Origin: an uncultured Pseudomonadota bacterium
GTDB lineage: Bacteria; Pseudomonadota; Gammaproteobacteria; Steroidobacterales; Steroidobacteraceae
DNA: 64,000 bases
Direction: 5' to 3'
Assembly: GCA_903879335.1 (NCBI GenBank)
Contig: CAIRLC010000022.1
Span: 177,737 to 241,736 of the forward strand
Shown here: positions 29,478 through 39,207 of the stretch, in pieces
Layout of the letters: each line of letters begins with the position of its first letter
How positions within the stretch are numbered: the stretch's first letter is position 1
Made by a program: the position numbers and the translations under genes
Notes under the pieces: model-generated
Database searches by the model: none
Told to the model about the DNA's origin: nothing
What the model saw: only the letters and a program-made list of their open reading frames with translations

Positions 29478-29866
29478 CGGTTCCTGCTCTTGGCACTCAG
29501 CGACATCTTATCAGCGCTCGGCGCACCCCAAAGCAGCGCATCCAGATTGTCCGCGATCGGCATTTGCACCCGTTGCCCAGTCACCTGCACCCCCTCCATA
29601 GCCAATAACGTTGCCTGGCGGGATGCCGCATCACTCCCGGCAGGAAAGACGATTCTGCCGCCGGCGCCCACTACACGGTGCCATGGCAGATTAAGCCCGT
29701 CGGGTGCCGTGCGAAGCGCTAGCCCGACAAGGCGCGCACGCCCGGGGAGCCCCGCCCGAGCGGCAACATGCCCATAGGTCGAGACCTCTCCGGGACGCAG
29801 CGCGGCTACAACGGATCGGATAGCCATCAAATGAGGGTCCCCGTCGTGCTCTTTGGCTGTGTTCAT
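29474..29866 (-). CDS. alkyltransferase-like (ATL) DNA-damage sensor, MGMT-fold protein lacking the acceptor Cys
   Basis: The DNA-binding domain reads ...VSTYGHVAARAGLPGRARLVG.... The active-site motif reads PWHRVV instead of PCHRV, as in E. coli YbaZ and S. pombe Atl1. Confidence 0.8.
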   Translation of the reverse strand: MNTAKEHDGDPHLMAIRSVVAALRPGEVSTYGHVAARAGLPGRARLVGLALRTAPDGLNLPWHRVVGAGGRIVFPAGSDAASRQATLLAMEGVQVTGQRVQMPIADNLDALLWGAPSADKMSLSAKSRNR

Positions 29867-29964
29867 CCTCTAATTGTGCACCAACGGGCTGGCACAACGC
29901 CTAGGCGTAGGCAGATGTTAATCTGTACTTTCTTCAGAATGCATTAGACGGCGCAGCAGACTCA

Positions 29965-32900
29965 ATGGATAGCGGGCAAGGGTGGCAGTTTTGGGTGGAT
30001 CGTGGCGGCACATTCACCGACGTCGTCGGGCGGGCACCCGACGGCACGCTACACGCACACAAACTACTGTCCTTTGTGCCGGGCCGGTATGAAGATGCTA
30101 CGAAGCCCGGCATTGAAGCGGTCTTGCGGCGAGCGAATGCCGAGCGTGCAACCATTGAGCGAGTTCGGGTAGGCACCACCGTTGCGACCAACGCGCTACT
30201 TGAGCGCCGGGGCGCGCGCACCCTGCTTGTGACCAACCGCGGGCTTGGTGACGCTCTGGCGATTGGCACGCAGGAGCGACCAGAATTATTTCGGCGCCGG
30301 ATAGATTTGCCGAAACCGCTGTATGACCGGGTCATTGAATGTGGGGGTCGTATTAGCGTCGGCGGGGATGTCCTCGAGCCGCTCGATGAATCGGCGCTTC
30401 GGGAAGCGCTCGCTGCCGCTCGGGCAGATGGCTATACCAGTGTTGCCATCATATTTATGCACGGATGGCGGTACACCGAGCATGAGCGATGCGCCGCCGA
30501 AATAGCGCGCGAACTGGGTTACTCGGCCGTGGCCGTTTCTCACGACATTAGTCCGACTCAGGGGTATGTCAGCCGCGGCCAAACCACCGCTGCTGACGGC
30601 TATCTTGCGCCGCTCATTGGCCGCTACATAGCCAACTTAGTCGCGGATCTCGAGACTTTAGGTCGAAACATTCAACTCGAGCTCATGCAAAGTCACGGCG
30701 GTCTCGCTCCAGCGCGATCTTTCCGCGGCACCAATGGCGTGCTGTCCGGTCCCGCCGGAGGCCTCGTTGGCATGGTCAAAACCGGCCTCGAAGCGGGCTT
30801 CAATCGCTTGATTGGCTTTGACATGGGCGGCACCTCAACGGATGTGTCGCTTTACGATGGCGCATATCCTCGCCGTAATGAGTTGAAGATTGCGGGCGTC
30901 AGGCTCGTCGTTCCCTCCCTTGATGTGCACACTGTGGCCGCCGGCGGAGGCTCCGTATTGCGTTACCGAGATGGCCGTTTTTCCGTTGGCCCAGACTCCG
31001 CGGGCGCCGCGCCCGGCCCGGCCAGTTACGGCCGTGGGGGTCCACTGGCCGTCACGGATTGCCATGTCGCTCTCGGTAGGCTTGCGGCAGATTTTTTGCC
31101 GGCGGTTTTTGGCCCGGAAGGCAACCAATCACTCAATCACTCGGCGGCATTGTCGGGGTTTAGCGATCTCGCTCAGCAATTGAGCGCTGACGGATCGCCC
31201 ATATCGGCTGAAAATATCGCCGAGGGATTCCTAACGGTCGCGGTCGACACGATGGCCAACGCGATCAAACAAGTCAGCTTGCGCATTGGCCTTGATCCAG
31301 CCGACTTTGCACTCGCGAGTTTCGGCGGCGCTGCCGGCCAAGTCGCTTGTCGAGTGGCTGACGCGCTTGGCATTCAGTCCGTTCTCATTCATCCCTTGGG
31401 CGGCGTTCTCTCCGCGCTCGGGATTGGCCTCGCGGAAGCACGCGCGTTACGACGGGGCACTTTGAGCGTTGCGCTGAATGAGAACGGCCTGCAAGCCGCA
31501 CGCGCTCTAGCCGAGACGCTGGCAACAGCGGCTCGAATTAGTGTGTCGGAGGACGAGCTCTGCCATGTCGAATATATCGCAGAGATCCGCACAGCCCGTT
31601 CCGAGGTGGCGTTGAGCGTAGCACTGGCTGATTTAACGACGATGCGCGGGCAATTCATCGCGCAATACCGTCGACGTTTTGGCTACGACCCAGAGGCAGG
31701 CTGCGAATGGATCATCGCCGCGGTCACAGCAGAAGCCATAGGACCATCCCCCCCGCTCGGCATTGCAACGCAACCCGCTTTTGCGGCGGAGATTCCGCAA
31801 TCGGTGCGCGCTTGGTTTGACGGTGAATGGCAAGAAGTGCCGGCCCGTCGCCGCGATCAGCTATCGCCCGACGCGATTGTGGAGGGGCCAGCACTGATCG
31901 TTGAGCACACGGCAACAACCGTCATCGAGCCTGGCTGGCAAGGGCATCATCAACCCGATGGAATCCTCATTCTGCAGCGTTCAACCACGAAGCCGCCCGC
32001 TCGCACGGCAAACCTCCAACAGGCTGATCCGGTGCTACTGGAGGTCTTCAATGGACTCTATATGCACGTCGCGGAACAAATGGGATCTGTACTGCAGCAA
32101 TCCGCTAGCTCGGTGAATATCCGCGAGCGACTCGATTACTCGTGCGCCATTTTCGACGCGAAGGGCCGCCTCGTGGCTAACGCCCCGCACATGCCGGTAC
32201 ATTTGGGATCGATGGGCGCGAGCGTACGAGCGGTCATGACGCGCCACGCTGGACGCGTAACGCCCGGCGACGCTTATCTCGTCAATTCGCCTTACGCGGG
32301 TGGCACTCATCTACCCGATCTCACGGTCGTCAGTCCGGTGTATATGCCGAATACATCCGAACCAAAATTCTGGGTAGCATCCCGCGCGCATCACGCCGAC
32401 ATTGGCGGCGTCACACCTGGCTCTATGCCGCCTTTCAGTCGATCCATCGATCAGGAGGGAGCGTTATTTGACGGCGAACGCATTGTCCGTCACGGCGTTC
32501 TTGACCGATCCTTGATCGAAGGAATGCTGAGCAGCGGCCCTTACCCAGCTCGTAACATCCCACAAAACCTTGCAGACCTGTCGGCCCAACTAGCCGCCAA
32601 TGTGCGCGGCAGCGCGGAACTGGCACGATTGGTCGATCAGCATGGTGCGCCGGTGGTGGAAGCCTACCTCGACCATGTCCAACGCCACGCAGAAGATCGA
32701 GTCCGTGCTGCCCTAAGGGCGCTGCCAATCGCGGGTCGAGGCCCTATTCATCAAGTCGTCGAAATGGACGGCGGCGAGCAGATCGCTGTCGAAGTCGACG
32801 TCAATGCAGACACCGGCACCGTCAGAATCGATTTCTCAGGTACGTCTGGTCAATCGGCAACCAATTTCAACGCGCCGCGCGCGGTGTGTACCGCCGCCGT

Positions 32901-33573
32901 CCTATATGTACTCAGAACACTCGTCGAGGACGACATACCGCTTAATGAAGGGTGCATGGCACCGCTCGAACTGATTGTTCCGGTGGGTTCTTTACTCGAC
33001 CCTCAATTTCCAGCCGCTGTGGTGGCCGGTAACGTTGAGACTTCTCAGGTGATCGTCGACTTGTTATTCGGTGCGCTCGGCGTACTCGCGGACTCCCAAG
33101 GCACCATGAACAATCTCACCTTCGGGGACGAGGAATATCAGTATTACGAGACCATTGCTGGCGGCGCCGGTGCAGGCCCTGGATTCAGTGGAGCCAGCGG
33201 TGTGCAAACTCACATGACCAATTCGCGGCTCACCGATCCCGAGATTTTGGAGGCGAGGCTTCCGGTGCGTTTGGATGCATTCCGCTATCGGCTCGACTCA
33301 GGCGGCTTAGGCATATACGGCGGCGGCAATGGCCTCGTTCGTCGGATTCGCTTCTTGCGCCCCCTCCAAGTTGCCATTTTATCTAACCACCGTCGTTTTG
33401 CGCCACGCGGCCTAAACGGCGGTGGCGACGCAGCACGAGGAATCACTCGCATCCTGCGAGCCAATGGACACGTTGAGGTGTTGGCCGCTGCGGATTCAGC
33501 CTTCGTGTCGGTGGGGGATGCCGTAGAAGTCGAAACGCCTGGCGGCGGTGGTTGGGGAATACCGCAACATTAG
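29965..33573 (+). CDS. fused hydantoinase A/B-type 5-oxoprolinase (ATP-hydrolysing)
   Basis: The 1202-aa protein has an N-terminal HyuA part ([15 protein letters not shown]...) and a C-terminal HyuB part (...[12 protein letters not shown]..., ...TPGGGGWG). Confidence 0.9.
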   Translation: MDSGQGWQFWVDRGGTFTDVVGRAPDGTLHAHKLLSFVPGRYEDATKPGIEAVLRRANAERATIERVRVGTTVATNALLERRGARTLLVTNRGLGDALAIGTQERPELFRRRIDLPKPLYDRVIECGGRISVGGDVLEPLDESALREALAAARADGYTSVAIIFMHGWRYTEHERCAAEIARELGYSAVAVSHDISPTQGYVSRGQTTAADGYLAPLIGRYIANLVADLETLGRNIQLELMQSHGGLAPARSFRGTNGVLSGPAGGLVGMVKTGLEAGFNRLIGFDMGGTSTDVSLYDGAYPRRNELKIAGVRLVVPSLDVHTVAAGGGSVLRYRDGRFSVGPDSAGAAPGPASYGRGGPLAVTDCHVALGRLAADFLPAVFGPEGNQSLNHSAALSGFSDLAQQLSADGSPISAENIAEGFLTVAVDTMANAIKQVSLRIGLDPADFALASFGGAAGQVACRVADALGIQSVLIHPLGGVLSALGIGLAEARALRRGTLSVALNENGLQAARALAETLATAARISVSEDELCHVEYIAEIRTARSEVALSVALADLTTMRGQFIAQYRRRFGYDPEAGCEWIIAAVTAEAIGPSPPLGIATQPAFAAEIPQSVRAWFDGEWQEVPARRRDQLSPDAIVEGPALIVEHTATTVIEPGWQGHHQPDGILILQRSTTKPPARTANLQQADPVLLEVFNGLYMHVAEQMGSVLQQSASSVNIRERLDYSCAIFDAKGRLVANAPHMPVHLGSMGASVRAVMTRHAGRVTPGDAYLVNSPYAGGTHLPDLTVVSPVYMPNTSEPKFWVASRAHHADIGGVTPGSMPPFSRSIDQEGALFDGERIVRHGVLDRSLIEGMLSSGPYPARNIPQNLADLSAQLAANVRGSAELARLVDQHGAPVVEAYLDHVQRHAEDRVRAALRALPIAGRGPIHQVVEMDGGEQIAVEVDVNADTGTVRIDFSGTSGQSATNFNAPRAVCTAAVLYVLRTLVEDDIPLNEGCMAPLELIVPVGSLLDPQFPAAVVAGNVETSQVIVDLLFGALGVLADSQGTMNNLTFGDEEYQYYETIAGGAGAGPGFSGASGVQTHMTNSRLTDPEILEARLPVRLDAFRYRLDSGGLGIYGGGNGLVRRIRFLRPLQVAILSNHRRFAPRGLNGGGDAARGITRILRANGHVEVLAAADSAFVSVGDAVEVETPGGGGWGIPQH

Positions 33574-35219
33574 GCCTTGAAGTGTTCATGCAACAGTGTC
33601 GCCACATCGAAGTCCGGATCGAGCGGCGGCTTTCCACCGGCAGACTGCAGCTGATTGAGGCTGGTCTGTTGCACGGTTGTACCGGCAGCCTCGTGCGTTA
33701 GAAGCCAGCAGATCCAAACGCCATCGCGGCCCACGTTATAGCCAAACAATACGCTCGTGCTCGGAGTCTGCCGCGGCGGATTGACGCGCTCATCGCAGAC
33801 AACGAACCAGGCCGAGCCCGGTGCGGCGTCCGGGAAGGCGCCATCGATCTCGTACTGAGCGAGGAATTGACCTATCTGACGGGCTAGCCGCCGCCAGACC
33901 ACCGGCACGGAGGCCTCAAATAATACCCAGCGGGTACCACGGACAATGCTGTCCACCATCTGCAGCGCGAGTCGACGGCGGGCAAGGTAACGCCATTCTG
34001 GAATGGTGGCGCGGGCAGCCGCCAGCGTACGGGCCGAGGTAGGTCGCGCTTGCCGCACAGATTGCAATACATTAACGCCTGCAACAGCCAAGCGAATGCG
34101 CTGCTCTTCCGTCACCGTACAGGCTGGCCTAAAGCCTGGCCTTAGAGGCGCATCACCTTCGGTAGTCGGCGACCAGGGCTCGCTTGAAGCCGCCAGCCGC
34201 GACAACACGCCAAGCGCGGCGGGGCCTGGTGGAAATTGCTCAATACGGCCCCGAAGTCGGTCGTAGACCTGCACCCAAGGAAAGTACATCACCGCTTGAT
34301 CACTCGAGTACGGTGTTTCACGGACGCCAGTCAACGCTGCCATCGGCGTAGTCCATTCGACTGGTGGATCAACCATCAACATCGCATGGCGCGCTCGACA
34401 CAACCGCGCCGCCACGAGCAATGCGCTTGCCCCAACCGCATGGTCACGGGAAAGCGCCGGCAAATACAGGAAGTGGAATGAATCTTGTTCGCCAAAAGCA
34501 AACAAGCCCGTCGATTCCGTCGCAGAACCAATCAGGTCATAGTCAGATAATGGACGGCCGTCATCGCCATCCGGATTCGATGCGACGTAGGCTGCGAATG
34601 AGCGGAGATCTCCGCGCTCAGTCTGCAGGGGCCGCAATCGAGGCACCGGTCCACGCAACCGGACTAATGATGACTCCGCCAAAAGCACACCGATGTTCCG
34701 AGGGGACTCCGGATGCACGGACGCCGCCGAGAATATCTCCTGATCCTCAACGTGCTCAGAACCGGGCGAGCGCAAACGATGAACGACGAGATTAAAACTC
34801 GGCGTCTCTGCGCCGTTGTTGGGAATATTGTCGTAATCGACCGAAGCCCGCAGAAATTCGCGCGTCCCGGGACTGCGCGCTTCGAGCACTAAGGCCCCGC
34901 CATCGATCGTCGGCAATTGGATTGTCGCCGGTTTAGCGGCATTGGCAACTCGCACCACTCGTGCCGCGCGGCCGCCATTTTCGAAATATTGTTCTATGGC
35001 ATACGACAAGGCGCTGGGCTGCCACAGGCCACCGAATACCGCCTGATATTCGGCAAAACTTTTAACGCAGACTGGGCGATTGAGAGGGCCGCGTAGAGTG
35101 CGCCCTATAAAGGCAACCACGCCGGTACCGACACGGACTATCGGATCAGTTGCACCAGTTTCACTGGCGACCTGTATGCCCTGTAACGACGATGTGAGCA
35201 ACCGGCCCCCTCCAATCAT
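33570..35219 (-). CDS. phage tail sheath family protein homologue (orphan)
   Basis: Sheath-like blocks appear in canonical order: VAFIGRTLRGPLNRPVCVKSFAEYQAVFGG, AIEQYFENGG, STGLFAFGEQDSFHFLYLP, YFPWVQV, GVNVL, WRYLARRRLALQMVDSIVRGTRWVLFE and FVVCDE. An alternative TTG start at 35201 has GGAGG 7 nt upstream. Confidence 0.7.
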   Translation of the reverse strand: MIGGGRLLTSSLQGIQVASETGATDPIVRVGTGVVAFIGRTLRGPLNRPVCVKSFAEYQAVFGGLWQPSALSYAIEQYFENGGRAARVVRVANAAKPATIQLPTIDGGALVLEARSPGTREFLRASVDYDNIPNNGAETPSFNLVVHRLRSPGSEHVEDQEIFSAASVHPESPRNIGVLLAESSLVRLRGPVPRLRPLQTERGDLRSFAAYVASNPDGDDGRPLSDYDLIGSATESTGLFAFGEQDSFHFLYLPALSRDHAVGASALLVAARLCRARHAMLMVDPPVEWTTPMAALTGVRETPYSSDQAVMYFPWVQVYDRLRGRIEQFPPGPAALGVLSRLAASSEPWSPTTEGDAPLRPGFRPACTVTEEQRIRLAVAGVNVLQSVRQARPTSARTLAAARATIPEWRYLARRRLALQMVDSIVRGTRWVLFEASVPVVWRRLARQIGQFLAQYEIDGAFPDAAPGSAWFVVCDERVNPPRQTPSTSVLFGYNVGRDGVWICWLLTHEAAGTTVQQTSLNQLQSAGGKPPLDPDFDVATLLHEHFKA

Positions 35220-35253
35220 TCCTCAAGGAGCGTAGCACAGAGCGATCTGGGGA

Positions 35254-35397
35254 TCAGCGAGACTGGGACCGATGGATTGCTTTGAGCTGCGAAGCCTCTT
35301 GATCCCGTCGCGCAGATTCCACACGCGCTTCAGCCGCATCACGACGTTTACGCTCGATCTCCTCGAGCATGAGCTGAATCCATGCCGTTGTACCCAT
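35254..35397 (-). CDS. hypothetical 47-aa charged helical protein (below the ORF-track cutoff)
   Basis: The ORF runs ATG to TGA and encodes MGTTAWIQLMLEEIERKRRDAAEARVESARRDQEASQLKAIHRSQSR. A GAGAGGG sequence ends 5 nt upstream of the ATG. It fills the gap between the GT4 gene and the sheath-like gene. Confidence 0.3.
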   Translation of the reverse strand: MGTTAWIQLMLEEIERKRRDAAEARVESARRDQEASQLKAIHRSQSR

Positions 35398-35447
35398 AAA
35401 AGCCCTCTCGAGCGCAGTTTGCGCTCTCGCTCATACTATATCGCTCT

Positions 35448-36596
35448 CTAGGCTTTCAAGCTTGCGTACAACTTTACTAATCGTTCGGCCATCGCGAGTG
35501 CAGACCAAGACTGCGCATCGGCCGGCGCTTTTGCCGCCAGTTCAGATCGCAACTGAGGCGTATGCAATACGCGAATGACGGCTTCGGCGAATGCCGCCTC
35601 GTTCTCTTCAACTACCAGTGCACCTTGCGCATCCTTTAAGACATCGGCGGTACCCATCACCGCCGTCGAAATCACGGGCGTTCCTAAGGCCAGCGCCTCC
35701 AGGAGGACCAGGCCTTGCGTTTCTGTGCGGGAAGCGAAGACGAAGGCATGTCCGGCCCGATAGCAATCCAGCAGTGTCGTACTGCGATCTAGATAACCCA
35801 CGAACTGTACGTTTGCCCGCAGACCGAGCCGCCCGACCATCGCCTTTAAGTGACCCAGTGCCGGCCCCTCACCTGCGATCACCAGCAAAACATCGGGTAC
35901 CGTACGCACCACATGACTCAACATGCGCAGAATAAAGTCGATGTTCTTTTCGTGGGCGACTCGAGAGATGTGGACCAGCATCGGCCGATCTGCCGGGATG
36001 CCATGTGCCGCACGGAATCGTGCCCCATCACCACCCCGGAAACGGGCCGCGTCAATGCCCGTTGGCAGCACCTCAGCCGGCGTCTCTACGCCGTACTCGC
36101 GCAATTTGCTCAGCATCTGGGGAGAAGGCACGACCAGCGAGTCCACCGCACGGCATTGCGAGACCGTCATCGAGCGAGCGATCCGCCGCGTCAACCAGCC
36201 CGGCAAGAACGGCGCGTAATGGTGAAAATACTCTTCGAAGAACGTGTGATAGGTCTCTATGACTGGCAAGCCTAAACGTCGCGCTAAGGCCACCCCCGCA
36301 TAATGGGCGACAAAGGGGGTGTGGATATGCACGACGTCATAACTCCCCTCCCGCAAGGTGGCCTCGAGCCGACGCAACGCGCGACTGCTCATCAATCGGT
36401 CTTCGGGGTCTAAGGGGACGGCCCGGGCGGGTATCCGGAGGATGTCGGCAGGGTCCGGAGCGGTGCCTCGGTATTCGGGGGCGATCAACGTGGATGGATG
36501 GCCGAGCTCACTTAGAGTTTGGCGAAACGTTGCGATCGACGTAGAGACACCATTGACGCGCGGAAACGACACGTCCGAAACCATCAAAATACGCAC
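35448..36596 (-). CDS. GT4-family glycosyltransferase
   Basis: The protein reads MRILMVSDVSFPRVNGVSTS... and carries the C-terminal GT1/GT4 signature ...FVFASRTETQGLVLLEALALGTPVI.... Confidence 0.85.
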   Translation of the reverse strand: MRILMVSDVSFPRVNGVSTSIATFRQTLSELGHPSTLIAPEYRGTAPDPADILRIPARAVPLDPEDRLMSSRALRRLEATLREGSYDVVHIHTPFVAHYAGVALARRLGLPVIETYHTFFEEYFHHYAPFLPGWLTRRIARSMTVSQCRAVDSLVVPSPQMLSKLREYGVETPAEVLPTGIDAARFRGGDGARFRAAHGIPADRPMLVHISRVAHEKNIDFILRMLSHVVRTVPDVLLVIAGEGPALGHLKAMVGRLGLRANVQFVGYLDRSTTLLDCYRAGHAFVFASRTETQGLVLLEALALGTPVISTAVMGTADVLKDAQGALVVEENEAAFAEAVIRVLHTPQLRSELAAKAPADAQSWSALAMAERLVKLYASLKA

Positions 36597-36663
36597 GCTA
36601 GCGCCCCACCGATGTCTTGGAGAATCGTCACGATATTGCAGTCAGGTGACGCTTCTGTGACAG

Positions 36664-37842
36664 TCAGTGGCTATTCGTACCCGGTTCCTGCTCGTGAAGC
36701 ATTTCGGCGTATTGCCGCTCGTCGTCTAACGAACCGCCGCGCCCGTCCCAAGTTGCGCCATTCGGCAAGGCATTGGCGACTCTTGGCGCTGCAGCGATCG
36801 AAGCCCATAAGCTTGCGTCGCGACCCGCACTGACGGGCAACGGCAAACCCGAGGCCGCGACCGATTCGTGCGCGATTTGAGACCAACTCAGCGCCACACC
36901 CCGCGCGTCAAATCGCGCCTTGAATGTATCTTGCATGGCCGCCGCCGACGGCACCGGTCTTGACGCGGCTTTTTGGTCATCTTCCAGATGTCCAAAAGAT
37001 TGCACATAGGCGACACCGCCGCGCCATCCCAACACAGTGGGCTGATTCACGACCTGCACTTTGGTGCCGATCGGTATCAGATCGAACAGTACCTTGATGT
37101 CCTCAGGATATAGACGCAGGCACCCATGGCTTGACCGCATCCCAACTCCGTAGGGCTTATTCGTGCCGTGAATCAGATAGGTGGGCCAGCCGAGTCGAAA
37201 CAAATGAGCGCCGAGCGGATTATCGGGACCGGCGGCGACCGTTGCCGGCAATGGGTCGCCGTTCTCCGCATGCTCACGGCGCACCGAATCTGGAGGGATC
37301 CAGACAGGATCTTTTTGCCGGGCAACGATGCGAGTCACACCTTCAGGCGTCTTCCAACCGACCTTGCCGATACCGATCGGATGGGTAATGACAACCTTGG
37401 GCGCGCCCTTGGGCACAATCGGGTAGTAATAGAGCCGCATCGCGGCAATATTCACCACCACACCTTCTCGGGGGGCATTCGGCAGCACGAAAGCGGTCGG
37501 GACTACGATTTCCCTACCCCGGCCAGGCAACCAGGGGTCGACCGAGGGATTGGCCCGAACGATCTCCTCGTAGCCGACGTTAAAACGTCGCGCGATATCA
37601 GGCAGCGTATCCTCGGCACTGGCCGCCACAACGACTACCCGCCCAACAACGCTATCACCCGCGGATAAGACAAAACGGTCGGAGGCTTGCGTACGCACCA
37701 AAACCGGCGGCGCAGGCGCAAAGGGCACTTCGGGAACAGTGGCCACCGGAATGGACGGTTGCACCGAAGAACACGCGGCAACAATAACCGCAGCGATGAG
37801 CGTGATAAGCCTAGAGCAATAACGGACGATCAGACAATTCAT
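36664..37842 (-). CDS. L,D-transpeptidase lipoprotein with LysM domain (YkuD family)
   Basis: A lipobox is present (LIAAVIVAAC|SS). A LysM-like segment (...EDTLPDIARRFNVGYEEIVRANP...) and the catalytic motif ...MRSSHGCLRLYPEDI are present. The start is taken at MNCLIV. The ORF-track start at 38061 runs through the upstream gene. Confidence 0.85.
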   Translation of the reverse strand: MNCLIVRYCSRLITLIAAVIVAACSSVQPSIPVATVPEVPFAPAPPVLVRTQASDRFVLSAGDSVVGRVVVVAASAEDTLPDIARRFNVGYEEIVRANPSVDPWLPGRGREIVVPTAFVLPNAPREGVVVNIAAMRLYYYPIVPKGAPKVVITHPIGIGKVGWKTPEGVTRIVARQKDPVWIPPDSVRREHAENGDPLPATVAAGPDNPLGAHLFRLGWPTYLIHGTNKPYGVGMRSSHGCLRLYPEDIKVLFDLIPIGTKVQVVNQPTVLGWRGGVAYVQSFGHLEDDQKAASRPVPSAAAMQDTFKARFDARGVALSWSQIAHESVAASGLPLPVSAGRDASLWASIAAAPRVANALPNGATWDGRGGSLDDERQYAEMLHEQEPGTNSH

Positions 37843-38311
37843 TCGATTCCGCCGTACGCGCCGGGAAATGGCGATCCAGCAGTCTACCGATTGCTTGGAC
37901 TCCCGACACGGCTCCAGCATGCCACGCGCCTGCTGCAAAAGCCGTTTCCATCCCCTGACTGACGTCGCCCCATTCGGCTGCGGTGACAACGTCATTGAAG
38001 CCACGATCCGCAATGATCTCAACAGCGCGGTCTGCCCAGAGGACATACACGAGCACACCATTATTGTCGGCGGTATCCCAGACTCGATTCATTGCAAATA
38101 ATTCGATCGCCCGTTCACGCGGAGTGCGCCGACTCCAAAGTGCTGCGATTGATAAATCGGTCTCTACAATGAAACGAATCTCACATCGATGTCCACGCTC
38201 CGCTTCCGCGACCGCTGCCTCAATGGATTGCAAGACTGCGGCGTTAAAACGCCTTCGAACAGCCATCGGGCTCTGCAGCAGATGTCGCAAGAGTCTGCGC
38301 ATGAACGCCAT
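37811..38311 (-). CDS. TPM-domain protein (second TPM gene of the lemA operon)
   Basis: The start MAFMRRLL... lies 1 nt after the upstream stop. The core reads ...EIRFIVETDL...NNGVLVYVLWADRAVEIIADRGF.... Confidence 0.75.
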   Translation of the reverse strand: MAFMRRLLRHLLQSPMAVRRRFNAAVLQSIEAAVAEAERGHRCEIRFIVETDLSIAALWSRRTPRERAIELFAMNRVWDTADNNGVLVYVLWADRAVEIIADRGFNDVVTAAEWGDVSQGMETAFAAGAWHAGAVSGVQAIGRLLDRHFPARTAESNELSDRPLLL

Positions 38312-38312
38312 G

Positions 38313-39206
38313 TCACCAACTCCCCGACGAACCGCCGCCACTGAATCCACCGCCGCCACCACCAAACCCTCCACCACCGAAGCCACCGCCACCCATCCCA
38401 CCGCGATACGCTCCGCGCCCAATGCTCCCGCCCACGAACCCCCATAACCCACCAATACCGGCCAACAACGTGAGCACAAATGAGAGAACTGCCGCGGCAG
38501 TCGACAGGCTCCAGAGGCCGATCGTCACCTGAGCGATGACGCCAGCAAGCACGGCGCCGGTCACGGCACCGCCTAATCGCCCTAAAAAAGTGCGAACAAA
38601 AATACCGGCAAAGACAGCGAAAGCCAGTACGCCGAGTAATCCATGGATGGCATCCATCGAGTCGCTGCTGGATGACTCCGGCGGCGGTGGCAGCGGCTCG
38701 CCATCAATCAATCCAATTAATTTATCCAGCGCGCGATCAATGCCGCCGTAGTAATCTTTTTCGCGAAAAGCACGGCGGAGATATTCATCCGAGATTCGCG
38801 CGGAACCCAAATCGGTAATCGCCCCCTCTAAACCGCGCCCAACTTCCCAGCGAAAGCGGTGATCCTCGGTGGCAATAATCAGCAACGCGCCGTCATCAAT
38901 GCCTTTGCGCCCGAGTTTCCAAGAATCTGCGAGCCGAATACCAAATTGTTCGATCGCCTCCGGCTCGGTGGTCCGCACAATGACCACCGCAACCTGACTG
39001 CCTTTTCGCATCTCCAACGCCGCTAACTTGTCGTTCAGCGCTGCAGCCTGGGGCGGCGTCAGTAGTCCGGCCTCATCAACGACTCGAGCAATGACTGGCA
39101 GCGCGCGTGGCGCAAGACGGTCTTCGGCACCACCGGCCACCCCGCTGCCAATCATCATCATGCCGAGAAATACGGCGACGAGGATTCGGGCGAAAAGACC
39201 GCACAT
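38313..39206 (-). CDS. TPM-domain (YgcG-like) membrane protein with Gly-rich C-terminal tail
   Basis: A signal/TM segment is followed by a TPM core (...VVDEAGLLTPPQAAALNDKLAALEMRKGSQVAVVIV...). TM helices follow, and the tail reads GGMGGGGFGGGGFGGGGGGFSGGGSSGSW. Confidence 0.8.
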   Translation of the reverse strand: MCGLFARILVAVFLGMMMIGSGVAGGAEDRLAPRALPVIARVVDEAGLLTPPQAAALNDKLAALEMRKGSQVAVVIVRTTEPEAIEQFGIRLADSWKLGRKGIDDGALLIIATEDHRFRWEVGRGLEGAITDLGSARISDEYLRRAFREKDYYGGIDRALDKLIGLIDGEPLPPPPESSSSDSMDAIHGLLGVLAFAVFAGIFVRTFLGRLGGAVTGAVLAGVIAQVTIGLWSLSTAAAVLSFVLTLLAGIGGLWGFVGGSIGRGAYRGGMGGGGFGGGGFGGGGGGFSGGGSSGSW

Positions 39207-39207
39207 G

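Noticed and set aside
33570-36596. I considered whether the sheath-like gene marks a degraded prophage or an R-type bacteriocin/eCIS locus.
   Set aside because: There are no other phage, CIS or T6SS genes, att-like repeats, tRNA, integrase or compositional break within 30 kb on either side. The ORF is intact at full sheath length. It is therefore reported as an orphan rather than as a mobile element.
38330-38410. Short tandem GGC/GGT/GGA repeats occur here and at about 44090-44190 and 13910-13990. They could be mistaken for a repeat array or CRISPR.
   Set aside because: They are in-frame glycine (Gly/Arg/Tyr) codon runs inside coding sequences. There is no repeat-spacer periodicity of 25-40 bp and no cas genes.
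36664-38479. The longest-ORF starts for the L,D-transpeptidase (38061) and the second TPM gene (38479) imply 200-250 nt gene overlaps.
   Set aside because: Internal starts give a canonical lipoprotein signal (MNCLIV...AAC|SS) for the first gene. For the second they give a start 1 nt after the upstream stop (MAFMRRLL). The extended parts lie in the other gene's coding region and are not conserved-looking.
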